Positions 28,878 through 41,844 of a stretch of DNA of 64,000 nt are shown here, one piece after another (position 1 is the first letter of the stretch; every line of letters begins with the position of its first letter). The position numbers were made by a program, and so were the translations under genes. This DNA comes from Eledone cirrhosa (taxonomy: Eukaryota). The notes under the pieces are model-generated. The model was not told the DNA's origin and searched no databases. It saw only the letters and a program-made list of their open reading frames with translations. The stretch covers positions 185,070,001 through 185,134,000 of the forward strand of contig OZ024741.1 in the NCBI GenBank assembly GCA_964016885.1, written 5' to 3'.

Positions 28878-29501
28878 CCTGTGTCAGTGTTGAACAAAAA
28901 GGTGACGTGGTTGCCTTAACACCGTATGGCATAAATTCAGGCTGTTCAGTTTGTTTACAAACGAACAAAGCGACGTTAGCGCCGCTAAACTGATACGTGC
29001 ATATATGTATGTGTACCTGTATGCATATGTATGTATATGTGTATTTATATATATATATATATGTGCATGCTACTGTACGTCTGTATACATATATGTATGT
29101 ACGTATACATGCATACTTACATTTAAGTAAGTGCCATACTAAGAGTGAGAAATGAAATTTCGTTTTCATTTTGTTTCAATTTATCGTTTTCGGTATGCCT
29201 GACCGATTTAACTCACTCAATATGCAAATTAGGCTGCTCAGCCGTTAATTTTCATAAGGAAAGTATATACTTTCGAACGTTCAACTATCTGGCAGATGGG
29301 TAAACGGTGCTGATGATAGCTAACAAGCTTGAAACTAGTACATCGTTCCTGTGTCAGTGTTGAACAAAAAGGTGACGTGGTTGCCTTAACACCGTATGGC
29401 ATAAATTCAGGCTGTTCAGTTTGTTTACAAACGAACAAAGCGACGTTAGCGCCGCTAAACTGATACGTGCATATATGTATGTGTACCTGTATGCATATGT
29501 A

Positions 29502-29532
<31 letters not shown>

Positions 29533-29971
29533 GTGCATGCTACTGTACGTCTGTATACATATATGTATGTACGTATACATGCATACTTACATTTAAGTAA
29601 GTGCCATACTAAGAGTGAGAAATGAAATTTCGTTTTCATTTTGTTTCAATTTATCGTTTTCGGTATGCCTGACCGATTTAACTCACTCAATATGCAAATT
29701 AGGCTGCTCAGCCGTTAATTTTCATAAGGAAAGTATATACTTTCGAACGTTCAACTATCTGGCAGATGGGTAAACGGTGCTGATGATAGCTAACAAGCTT
29801 GAAACTAGTACATCGTTCCTGTGTCAGTGTTGAACAAAAAGGTGACGTGGTTGCCTTAACACCGTATGGCATAAATTCAGGCTGTTCAGTTTGTTTACAA
29901 ACGAACAAAGCGACGTTAGCGCCGCTAAACTGATACGTGCATATATGTATGTGTACCTGTATGCATATGTA

Positions 29972-30002
<31 letters not shown>

Positions 30003-30441
30003 GTGCATGCTACTGTACGTCTGTATACATATATGTATGTACGTATACATGCATACTTACATTTAAGTAAGTGCCATACTAAGAGTGAGAAATGAAATTT
30101 CGTTTTCATTTTGTTTCAATTTATCGTTTTCGGTATGCCTGACCGATTTAACTCACTCAATATGCAAATTAGGCTGCTCAGCCGTTAATTTTCATAAGGA
30201 AAGTATATACTTTCGAACGTTCAACTATCTGGCAGATGGGTAAACGGTGCTGATGATAGCTAACAAGCTTGAAACTAGTACATCGTTCCTGTGTCAGTGT
30301 TGAACAAAAAGGTGACGTGGTTGCCTTAACACCGTATGGCATAAATTCAGGCTGTTCAGTTTGTTTACAAACGAACAAAGCGACGTTAGCGCCGCTAAAC
30401 TGATACGTGCATATATGTATGTGTACCTGTATGCATATGTA

Positions 30442-30472
<31 letters not shown>

Positions 30473-30530
30473 GTGCATGCTACTGTACGTCTGTATACAT
30501 ATATGTATGTACGTATACATGCATACTTAC

Positions 30531-30587
<57 letters not shown>

Positions 30588-30659
30588 TGTTTTTGTGTGT
30601 GTGTGACTTATATATAAGTAATACTATTTAATATATATGACAGCCCAGGAATGAAGGTT

Positions 30660-30900
30660 TATTCAGCATCTATACTTCATAATCTTCTTTTGTGAACGTA
30701 CCTCTGTTTTTCCCAGCATAAATAATTTCATCCGAAGACATATCTACCGACTTATTCATCTGGAGAATCCTCATATATAGATACCACCTGCTATGTCCCT
30801 TGATATTGAACGTTCTTTTGCCATTAGTAAATAAAACAGCCTCAGAATTATCTTTACTTTGATGTTACTGCAAATTAACTGGAAATTAATAATGTATAAA
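30660..30900 (+). pseudogene. possible decayed DNA-transposase C-terminus
   Basis: cctgctatgtcccttgatattgaacgttctttt encodes PAMSLDIERSF, like the S.DVERSFS motif of hAT/MULE-type transposases. Confidence 0.3.
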
Positions 30901-31373
30901 AAATGGCTTTCATATATTACATCACATTTGTCATTTTTTCAAACATTCGTTCAAAATCGCCCCAAAATCAATGCACCTGCTAGCGATCATTAACCTCAAA
31001 TCGAGCAATGTGGTGAGATGGTATGGTTTTTTTCTTCCAAAAATAACATAATAAATATTCAAATTAATTGGAAGTGCCACAAACCTAGCATGGTTCATCA
31101 TAGGATTCTATATGAACATATATGTGATACGTTTATGTGAAGAAACATACGTATGTCTAGCTATGTTTTTATCCGTGGTTCGTGATATTTACTAACCCGT
31201 TACTGAGACAAGTATAGCCTAAAGCCAATATGATTTTTGTGTGTGAAACATCGGCTAGAGATACTCGTTTCTATATAGTGTGACCTTGACTCATAGCGAG
31301 AGACTCAGATCTTTATTATACATAAACATATCGTATATGCTTTCATATTCATACCTTTGATATATATATATAT

Positions 31374-31519
31374 AAGTAGTAACACAACAGTTAGTTCACC
31401 ATACCGAGAACAATTGTTCTCAGTATGGTGAACTAACTGTTGTGTTACTACTTCTACCAAACTTGTCCCATGGACTGAGCGCTCTACCACTACGGATATT
31501 ACCTCCCAGTGTTCTACCC

Positions 31520-31520
<1 letters not shown>
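31374..31520. mobile_element. fold-back insert of the CAATTG-hammerhead family
   Basis: Palindrome of about 80 bp (31374-31453) centred on GAGAACAATTGTTCTC; homologous to 12437-12482. Confidence 0.8.
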
Positions 31521-31590
<70 letters not shown>

Positions 31591-31774
31591 CAAAACATTT
31601 GTTATTAGGTTCAATCGCTTTTTCGTTAAAACGCATGCATGCTATCGATATAACACCAAATTAACAGGTTGTCCTCGAATCGAATCGGTCCACTATTTTC
31701 TATTTTCTGTCTTCTATTTTTTCTATCTCCTCTATTCTATTCTATGTTTGGGTTCAACATAATCCAGTTACACA

Positions 31775-31870
31775 ATTCTGCAAAGAAAGCCTGATGATAT
31801 CGCCTAGTCTTGCATTATAATCGGTTGATAGAGCTGGGCCATCGAAATGTGTATAGTGCTTTCGCGGAAT
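31775..31870 (+). ncRNA. hammerhead ribozyme candidate
   Basis: CTGATGA-tatcgcctag..ctgggccatc-GAAA-TGTGTA-TA-gtgctttcgcggaat; imperfect stem I with attctgcaaagaaagc. Confidence 0.5.
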
Positions 31871-32899
31871 CATAATTCTAAAGTAAATTTTCCAGTCAGG
31901 CCTTCTGTTGTTGTTTCAATTAATATATATATAAATGGCGACTGCAATGCACAGGTTACTAGGGCTAATTCCCTGTATATTTACTAGGAAATATTGCTTT
32001 GTTTAAAATTCAAAATGCATTATAAAATCTGAATCTCTAACACATGATTTTTATTGCCGAATAAATGAGTTTTTCTCGTTGAGGAAATTCTGTTTGAATA
32101 AATTGATGTGAAGAAATTTGAAAGTCTATGATCATACATTGTATATAGAATATACAGGCATTTTGCAGAGTAAATACCATATTGTGTTTGCTATAAATGG
32201 TATTCGGTCCACGTAAGTTGAGCAATATCATTTTAGAGTTACTTCATATACCGGGTTTCTTGTCTGCTATGTCTGAATATCTCAATAAATATATATCTCT
32301 ATTGCTCATGTTCTTATTTTTTAATATATAAATAAACTATAGATCGCGTAACTACAGTTTATTACGCTCACCCCCTCTGAAATGTTTTAGTGATATTTAA
32401 AGGAAATATATGTTCACAAGTGTTGATGATTATGTTGATGAATTATATTTCAGTTTGTTTTGAATCTGATTAACGCCAGGCCTTCATTATGTACAACATT
32501 AAACAATTATGATGTTGACTATACGACAGTACAAGGGTTCCGCGGCCTTCATGCAGCCCATTATCAGCCCATCTGAGTTGCGATTCCATCAGAAATGACA
32601 CAATCCGACCGGATTGTTCAGAGCTCTGGTGATACCCGGGGCAAATCTTGATTGTATGCCCAAAAGACTCAAGTATAAGGCCTAATATACTAAGAAATAT
32701 TATGAGAAAGGAAAACATTTTGAATATATAAACACAGATGAAACATGAAATAAACGCTTTATTCTATTTTAATATAAATCAATCAAATTTATTAAGTCTT
32801 TTTCCCCAAATGATGGCCCCATCCAAAGAATGCCCGGGGCCAACGCACCATCGCCCCATTCCACCCCTCTGCATGCTACTGAATCCCACCGATGTTGCA

Positions 32900-34044
32900 C
32901 CTCGTTAATAGATCCGCGCTGGAGACACTCGGAAAATGCATAACCACAGATAGAGCAAAGACAATGATTGTGGAAGACATCAAATTTATAAATCTGGGTG
33001 CGACAAAGTCTCTATGACCCTGAGACTTATAAAAGTACCATTAGTACCACTGTACGATAAACAGCAATGTTTCGTTTTCAGAGATATACATCTGACACCG
33101 CATAGACGATATTGTAGTTTGCAAATGAAGTCAGTTGCTTTGAAGATACGATTGACGATCTCAACATCCAAGGATGCAGCGAGGTTCATCTAGCTGTCAA
33201 GGTAAATAAAGAAGTTCACATACTTCACATCATTGCCTCCAACAGTCTTGCGAACATCGGTCTATGACCCCGCTGTCCCTGCTTAACATCTACTTATCTG
33301 GAGGAGGATTAAGGTTGGCCTTGGTCGATATACCACATCAGTCTTCAGAATACTGTTACAGTCAAGCGAGTATTAGTTCATTAATTCTTATGCGTTTTCA
33401 ATAGATACTGTAACAAGTGCAACAGTATCAGCGAACAGTAAATCACGAACATTTCTTTGTGTTATTGTTTTATTCGTAAAAGCCCCCGTGGTTAAATAGT
33501 CCACCTGATCTATGGAATTCAAATCTGATACAAGTTTCTAAGCTGCCAAATGCATATTGGAGCATTACAGAAAAGAACAATGTAAAGAGAACAGGACCCA
33601 TGACACAACCCTCCTTCGTACCATTTGTAACACCAAAGGATTCAGAGCATTCACTATTTGACATAATTGATGCTTTCATGCACTCATAAAAATTACATGA
33701 TGACATTCAGCATATTGTCGAGTATACAAAGATTTTAAAGGATTTACCTGTTCTGGTGAAGGGATATCATGTCAACAGTTCATTGACCTGTGCAGAAACC
33801 TCATTGTATAATCAACATGTCTGCGTGTCATTCTGTTGAGTGACGCGGGCAAATACCTTATTAGAAATATAGAGAAGGGAGATGCCGCTAGAGTTGTGAA
33901 AAGGTAGATCTTTTTGCCCCTTGAATAGACAGATTATAGACGCAACTCTGAATTCTTGAAGGATATGGACGGCGTTCCACACTTCCATAAAAAGCAGAAG
34001 CTTATGAATCTGTTTCTGACCACCAAATTCGAGAACTTCAGGTG

Positions 34045-34045
<1 letters not shown>
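32900..34045 (-). pseudogene. decayed RTE-clade LINE reverse transcriptase
   Basis: SGISLL..KVFARV; SESFGVTNGTKEGCVMGPVLFTLFFS; LLFAD..ALV; FFIYL; many disablements. Confidence 0.85.
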
Positions 34046-34099
<54 letters not shown>

Positions 34100-34216
34100 C
34101 GTCTGTGTACATATATATCTGTGTGTGCACATGTGTCTGTATGTGTGTGTGAGTTTGTTTCATTATAGCCATGAGGTTATATAAGCAAGATCCCTACATA
34201 CATGGGCACACACACG

Positions 34217-34298
<82 letters not shown>

Positions 34299-34320
34299 CA
34301 CACACACATACACACACACA

Positions 34321-34378
<58 letters not shown>

Positions 34379-35100
34379 TCATAAACGTCCGTGTTTATTT
34401 ATTCATGTCTAAGTAAATACTTGGTATTATTTCCGTTAGAAAAGAGCGTAGACTTCAATACAACAGTGATTTTTATCTACGTACCACAAAAAATCACGAA
34501 TCGTTTATAAACTGCATATTATATGTATATTTACTTTGAAACCAATGCCGAAATGAAACCCTGTATAACAGAAGATCAATCCACTGATCTCGGAACGGTC
34601 TTAAGTTTTCACCCATGTATTATTTTCTTTATTCCATTATTGCCTTCATTTATATAGACATTTATTTATTCATGCTTTGTTTCGTCAGATCTAGATGTGA
34701 TATATAGATATATATTCACATGCTCGTACACACAGGCACAGACCCAGGCTTACACACATATACATGTGTATATGTATTATCTCTCTCTTTCTTTATATAT
34801 ATATATATATATATACTACACACACGCACAGACACGCACACACACACACACATATATATATATACGGTAAAATGCGTATACATATGAATATATTTGTATA
34901 AGCAATAATAATAATAATAATAATATCAACAATAATAATAATTCTTTCTTTATTGGCCACAAGGATCTACTTATAGGGGACAATATAATAGACAGGGACA
35001 GTGGGGTTTTACGATAAAATCGTGTAAATATATATATATATATATATATATAGACAATAACAATATACCATAAAATACAAACAACAGAATTCCCAGAAAG

Positions 35101-35918
35101 GGCAGTGGATTGGTAGTATCGGTAGAGCGCCGGACAACATGCTGTATAGCATAGATTTACAGTCCTTTATGCTCGGAGTTCAAATCCCACCGAGAGTACC
35201 AGTAACATAGTGGAGGCGATTTAATCGACTTCACCCTCCCTACAAGATTTGCTGGCCTTGTACCTAAATCAGAAATCATTATAGGGTAGTGGATGGGTAC
35301 TATCAGAAGAGCGCCAGACACCATGCTTTCTCGTATAGAGTTATGGCCCTTTGTGTTCTCAGTACAAATCCCGCCGGGGTTAGCTTTGCCTTTCATCCTT
35401 ACGGGGTCGATAAAATAAAGCATCAGTATTGCACTGGGGTCGATTTAAGTGACATTTCCCCTCCCCTTCAAATTGCTGGCCTTGTGTCTAAAGTAAAAAC
35501 AATTATTATTATTATTATCATCAGGGCGGTGGATTGGCAGTATCGGTAGAGGGTTCGACGCCATACTTTGCAGCATAGAGTTACGGCCCTTTATGATCTG
35601 CGTTCAAATTCCGCCGAGGTTAACTTTACCTTTCATCATTACGGGGTCGATAACGTATTGGGGTCGATATAATCGACTTGCACTTCATCCCACCCAAATT
35701 ACTGGCCTTGTTCCTATTCTAGAAATCGATGGATTGGCAGTATCGGTAGAGGGTCGGGCGCCATGCTTTGACGCATAGAGTTACGGCCCTTGCCATTCTG
35801 AGTTCAAATCCCGCCGAGGTTAACTTTGCCTTTCATCCTTACGGGGTCGATAAAATAAAGTACCAGTAATATACTGAGTATTTGCTGGCCTTGTGCCAAA
35901 AGTAGAAACAATTATTTG
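35101..35918 (+). mobile_element. cluster of four head-to-tail family A SINEs
   Basis: Starts near 35101, 35285, 35524 and 35730. Confidence 0.85.
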
Positions 35919-36051
35919 TATTATCATCATCATTATCATTTTATTTGCTACAAGGTTTTCGGATAAAAGGGCTATTACACAGAGTGTGTTATGGGGTAAG
36001 GCTTCAATAGAAGTTGGAAAATACACACACATACACATACATTGACACGCA

Positions 36052-36127
<76 letters not shown>

Positions 36128-36550
36128 TGTGTGCTTTCGTATAAAACTGGGTATACGGGTATACTTGTCACAATGTAATGTACACCAACACCCGAAATAA
36201 TAGTGACTTATAGAAAAGCCTGAACAGCTTTTCAGATTTATTGTTGTTGTTCTTTGCTTGTAATATTTGATGATGATGTTATTTTGTTGGTGTAGTATGG
36301 TGTACTAGCTGGTGATCATGTTATGTTATTTTTATTGTTACTGTTAGCGCTGGTCCTGTTGCTGCTGAGTTTGTTGGTGCTGGTATTGTTACTACTGCTG
36401 TTTATAAATTTAAAACCAGTGTACCTCCTTTGCAATACATTACTCCTATATAAACAACGTCTGACATAAAGATATCTAAACAACCTTTGACATATTAAAC
36501 GTTCGGAAACTAAGCTCACAGTTTTCGGTTAAACGTTAAATATTTATGCA

Positions 36551-36585
<35 letters not shown>

Positions 36586-36636
36586 CTTTCTCTCTATCCA
36601 TGTATCTATCGACCTATATATCTATCTGTCTATCTG

Positions 36637-36728
<92 letters not shown>

Positions 36729-36741
36729 TTCTTTATATATA

Positions 36742-36800
<59 letters not shown>

Positions 36801-36801
36801 A

Positions 36802-36879
<78 letters not shown>

Positions 36880-36943
36880 CTTTCTTACACTTGTGCAGAC
36901 ACACTACCATGTGAATAGTGTATTTGTCTTCTAACATAAGAGT

Positions 36944-37537
36944 TGCTACTTTTGGCACAAGGCCAGCGATCACCCCAGTGCACCACTGGTACTTTATTTT
37001 ATCGACCTCGTAAGGATGAAAGACAAAGTTAACCTCGGCGGATTTGAACTCAGAACGCAAAGTGCCATAACTATATAACTATGCTGCAAAACATGGTGTC
37101 TGACGCTCTACCGATATTGCCAAACCACTGTAGCTATATAAAAATACCAGTGACTTTGAGAGACATACAGACACACACACACTCGCCTTTGGCAAGTAGC
37201 AAGCAGATCACTTTTTTTTTTAGATTTCTATCCGCAAAACATGCTTCTGATGAAAAGACAATCTTACAATTAGTCATTCCTTCCGTGCTGCACATTTCCC
37301 ATGCCTAGTCCGTTATCTATTTATTTATAGTCATCATATTTACCTATTTACTTCAGTTTTTCTCGGAAAGCAACGCCAAGTTTTCCTCTCCTATTCTTTG
37401 ATATCGTCTCAGATGCATTTTGTCAACTGTGGGGTTCACTAGTCTGTTGCGTAAATTAACATTACAAGTGCAATTCATCCTTAACGCCCGAAATTGCATG
37501 CTATAAATGTGGTTGCCATGCAATTCTCTCGCTCCCC

Positions 37538-37578
<41 letters not shown>

Positions 37579-37766
37579 ACGAAGGAAATGTGGTAAGGAA
37601 CCAGGTGGACCATAACGCACCAAAGTACTCAATACTTAGGGTAGTAGAGTGGGTAATAGGAACTAGTAGGACCCCGACGGCTGAGCTCAAGCCGTTTCGA
37701 CGGCTAATTCTGGAATTAGCCGCCGAAACGGCTTGAGCTCAGCCGTCGGGGTCCTACTCCTTCCTG

Positions 37767-37836
<70 letters not shown>

Positions 37837-38552
37837 TGTATGCATAGTATACATTAAAAACATTTTGAAGACCTTACCCTATCATTTTGAAGTAGTGACT
37901 ATGTCACTTACTTCTTTTCGGCGAAAGAAGACAAAGAAGCTATCAGTCTGTTTCATGCTGTTTGGCAATCATCAGAGCTACGTACTGCCCTCTTCCGCCG
38001 AAAATTATAGAAGCTGGAGGATTCTTATAGAATTCCAGTAATAATCAAGAGCTGATTATACAGAGCGATTGCCGGCAGTCTGCAGCTCTAATGATTTTGT
38101 CAATCCAACGTTTTCAGATGGAATAATTGTTTCTACTTTTGGCAAAATGTCAGCAATATCTCCAGTGCATTAATGGTGCTTTATTTCTATCGACCCCGTA
38201 AGGCAAAGCTAACCTCGGTGGGATTTCAACTCACAACGTAAAGGGCCATAACTCGATGCTGCAAAGCGTGGCGTCTGACGCTCTAACGATACTACCAATC
38301 CACCACCCTACACCTTCAGATGCAATAATGTTTCCTCATTTAGAGACAAGCCCAACAATTTTGGGGGAGGGAAAGTCGATTAATTAACATAATGGGGTTG
38401 ATTAAATCAACCCCAGTATGTTATTTTATCGACCTCGTAAGGGTGAACGGCAAAGCTAACCTCGGTGCAATTTGAACTCAGAACGTAAAGGGACGTAACT
38501 ATATGCCACAAAGCATAGTGCGACGCTCTACCGATACTGCGAGTCTACCATC
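36944..38552 (-). mobile_element. family A SINEs at 36944-37130, 38122-38310 and 38325-38552
   Basis: Reverse-complement consensus matches. Confidence 0.8.
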
Positions 38553-39268
38553 TTTCAGATGTAATATTACACTTTGAAAAATAAAGATTATATTATGTCA
38601 AAATTCGGTTATATTGGCGCTTGATTTTGATATTTATTGTAACCTAAATCCCTTCCTTATATGGCAATTTATAGAATCTATAGCTTAATAACATAGCATT
38701 TTGTCTGAATCTCTAACGATCCTGTCACTCCACCAGACCAATGAAAAGAATAGCACACAACAACGGTGTCTATGACGCCAACATTTCTATTTATATTAGT
38801 TTTATGACGTATGTCAGAAATGTCATCCCCTTGATGGTTGGGTGTACGTTAAATAGTCTGAAGGACTTTAGTTATGATATTGGCTTTACTTTTATGTAGT
38901 TCCTCTGGGCAGCTAAAGAGCTGATAAAATGACGGACTAACAGCCCTACTATCTTATCGCAGTGGAAATCAAACCATGCTTATTTTATTATTTTTTCTTT
39001 CTTCTTAACATTTGGTTTTGATTTCCCATTTCGTAGTGCTTAAGAAAAAATACAAAATTAATTGTTTTTCGTAATCTATCGCTTTGGGTTTCATTATACA
39101 CTCTCCTCTATTACGAAATATGTTCTAAAAATGACTCCTTCACGGTCAAATTTCGCCTTTTATCATTTTTGTGTCAATAAAATAACAGCCACAAGACAAT
39201 TGAATGTCTGAACAATGGACTACATTCCCTCAATGTTCCTTCTCTCTCTCTCTTTCTCTCTCTCTACA

Positions 39269-39363
<95 letters not shown>

Positions 39364-40373
39364 ACGGGAGGAGTGCGGGACTGCGTCCTGAATATATTTT
39401 TTTTATCCCGTTAGTAAAATAAATTAGATTACTTTGAATAAATAGTTAATGAATATTACATAATTTATGTACTAAATTTCGTAGCTGTTGATTAAACAGA
39501 AATATTCATATATATAATGATTGCTTATCTTAAGAATCACCCCTTTTAACATTTTCAAATGTCAATACTTCCGGTTAGCGCCCATTATATCATAACACTT
39601 ATTACATTGCTTATGTAAACGTTCATATATTTGCATCATTATATAAGGTTTATATTTCTGTCGCTAATTTTCTTTTGTTTTTCGTTTTCATAAAATTTTG
39701 CCGTAATGCAGTTTATATATAATATCATCTTTTTTAAAATGTAACATGGATTACTTTACTTATTACAGTGCAACACAATCTCTCTTCAATTTCTCTGAAT
39801 ATTGTCAATTACGATTTTATTTGAGTTATCATATCTACACGCATATATACTAGCCCACTGCTAGTATATAATATGGTGGGTTGTGTACGTAGGTATATTA
39901 TTCACCATTTCTAAATCTGGCCAATTAAGCAGGATATGCTTCGTTGATGAGATCAAATAACTTTAAAACATATGCGCGACTTTCACCACTTGGCATTACA
40001 TCGAAGATTCATTGCCATCTATTTTGTCGTTATTTTCAAAGAAACTTCGATTAGTTCCTATTCTTTGACTTATCTACATGGCGTGCTTTTATATTTTATA
40101 CTCCCATTTTTGCAATAATTGGAGGAATAATATTAGTTAATCGATGATTTCCATCTTCCTATATCATATATGTGAAACCCTTTCGCTTGTTAATTTATTA
40201 GGCAGAACGCTCTCCAGAAGTATGTTCATTCAGCCTTATTGTTGATATTCATAACTAGCTTCATTACACTAACTCGATTTCTACATATTCAGTTCATAAT
40301 TTTTAAGACTTGCTGGTATGCTACTTTAAAGCGGTGTAATAAATCCGAAACATAACTATTCCTTTATTTTTTT

Positions 40374-40918
40374 GTGAAGGCGAGTAGCTTAGTGGTTAGA
40401 GAAATGGATTTGTAATCATGGGGTTGCGTGTTCTATTCCCGGACCAGGTGATGCATTATGTCATTGAGCAAGATATTATATTTCACGTTGCTCCTACTGC
40501 CAAGAGGCGAGACCGGCAGATAATATCAGCAATGGAAAAACCAATGGAAAATTGTTTCCTTAATCTGATTTGACGAGTTCAAATCCATACGGTAAGTGTA
40601 TGTGTTCTGGGATCTTGTCGATAATTTGTGAAGGCGCGTGGCTTTGTCGTTAGGGTATTCGTCTCACAATTATAAAGTTGTGAGTTCGATTCCCGGCAGC
40701 ATGCTGTGACCTTGAGCAAGACACTTTATTTCACTTTGATCCAATCCAATTCGAAGGGCCAACTTTGTCACATTCTCTGTCACGCGGAATCTCCCTAAGA
40801 ACTACATTAAAGGTACACGTGTTTATGGAATGCTCAGCCACTTGCACGTTAATTTCACAGGCAGGCTGTTCTGTTGATCGTATCAACAGGAATACTCACC
40901 GTCGTAACCGACGGACTG
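40374..40918 (+). mobile_element. two tRNA-derived SINEs of a second family (40374-40500, 40628-40918)
   Basis: gtgaaggcgcgtggct..gttag A-box, gagttcgattccc B-box, then ccttgagcaagacactttatttcac. Confidence 0.75.
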
Positions 40919-41620
40919 CAACTACAACCAGTTCCTGTTTTGACAATGGCTTTAAAGACAAAATACATTTTCATCTGCATCGCCTTTATTTTCCAAAAAC
41001 TGTGGTTGGCTTTTATTGACGATATCTTACACGTTGCTTTTAAATTTCTTAGTCATGATTAGATGGAATTTTGTCATCGAGTTAAACGATGACGTTTTGT
41101 ATTATTTTATTCGGTTCTTTGTGCTCTGAATGTGAACCTCAGACGTGTCAACTTGGTATTTCATCTTTTCACGGCCTATTAATAAAGTATCTGTCACATA
41201 CTGGGATCAATCATTGTTCTATATCTCAAGAGTCAAGGATCCATGCCATGTTTCCTGCCATTTTCTGTGTTTTTTTGTGTGTAAATCGTGGAGTACTTTA
41301 CCTATTGTGTGCTGTTGCTATGTAGTTGTGTTATTTCTCCTGTTTTGTATATGTTTACCCAATGTAATATATGACCAGTGTCTAGTATTGCTATTTTCGT
41401 ATGCTGTGTATATAAGTCCTGGTACACCCTACGTAATTTATGTCCTGGTCCTAGTAATACTATTTTCCCTGTGTTTAAGGGTGAAAGCAGCGATTCTTTG
41501 CTTAAATTTTAATCTGTCATTTTAATAAATATTTGCTCTAGGGTTCTTATATATTTGATATATATTTATCCTTATCGAGCCCTCTTTGGATTTTAGTCTT
41601 CTCATTTATTATTATTACTA

Positions 41621-41662
<42 letters not shown>

Positions 41663-41666
41663 CATT

Positions 41667-41755
<89 letters not shown>

Positions 41756-41794
41756 ACACACACATACACACACACATACACACACACATATACA

Positions 41795-41844
<50 letters not shown>

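Larger units (their letters stand above)
21732..30535. repeat. about 470-bp tandem array: 15 full units plus a partial, then about 3.6 inverted units (retrozyme-like)
   Basis: Unit spacing 466-472 bp; orientation switch at TGGCA 28820-28824; (TA)n on both sides. Confidence 0.97.

Noticed and set aside
21747-30109. Repeated 133-aa ORF MKTKFHFSLLVW...
   Set aside because: Runs through a TA tract whose length changes shift the frame between units, lies antisense to the ribozyme, and has no recognisable domain
21732-30535. CRISPR-like interpretation of the tandem arrays
   Set aside because: Whole units repeat with no unique spacers; eukaryotic context and no cas genes
40376-40700. tRNA genes
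   Set aside because: A and B boxes are present, but the cloverleaf is degenerate and followed by SINE body sequence
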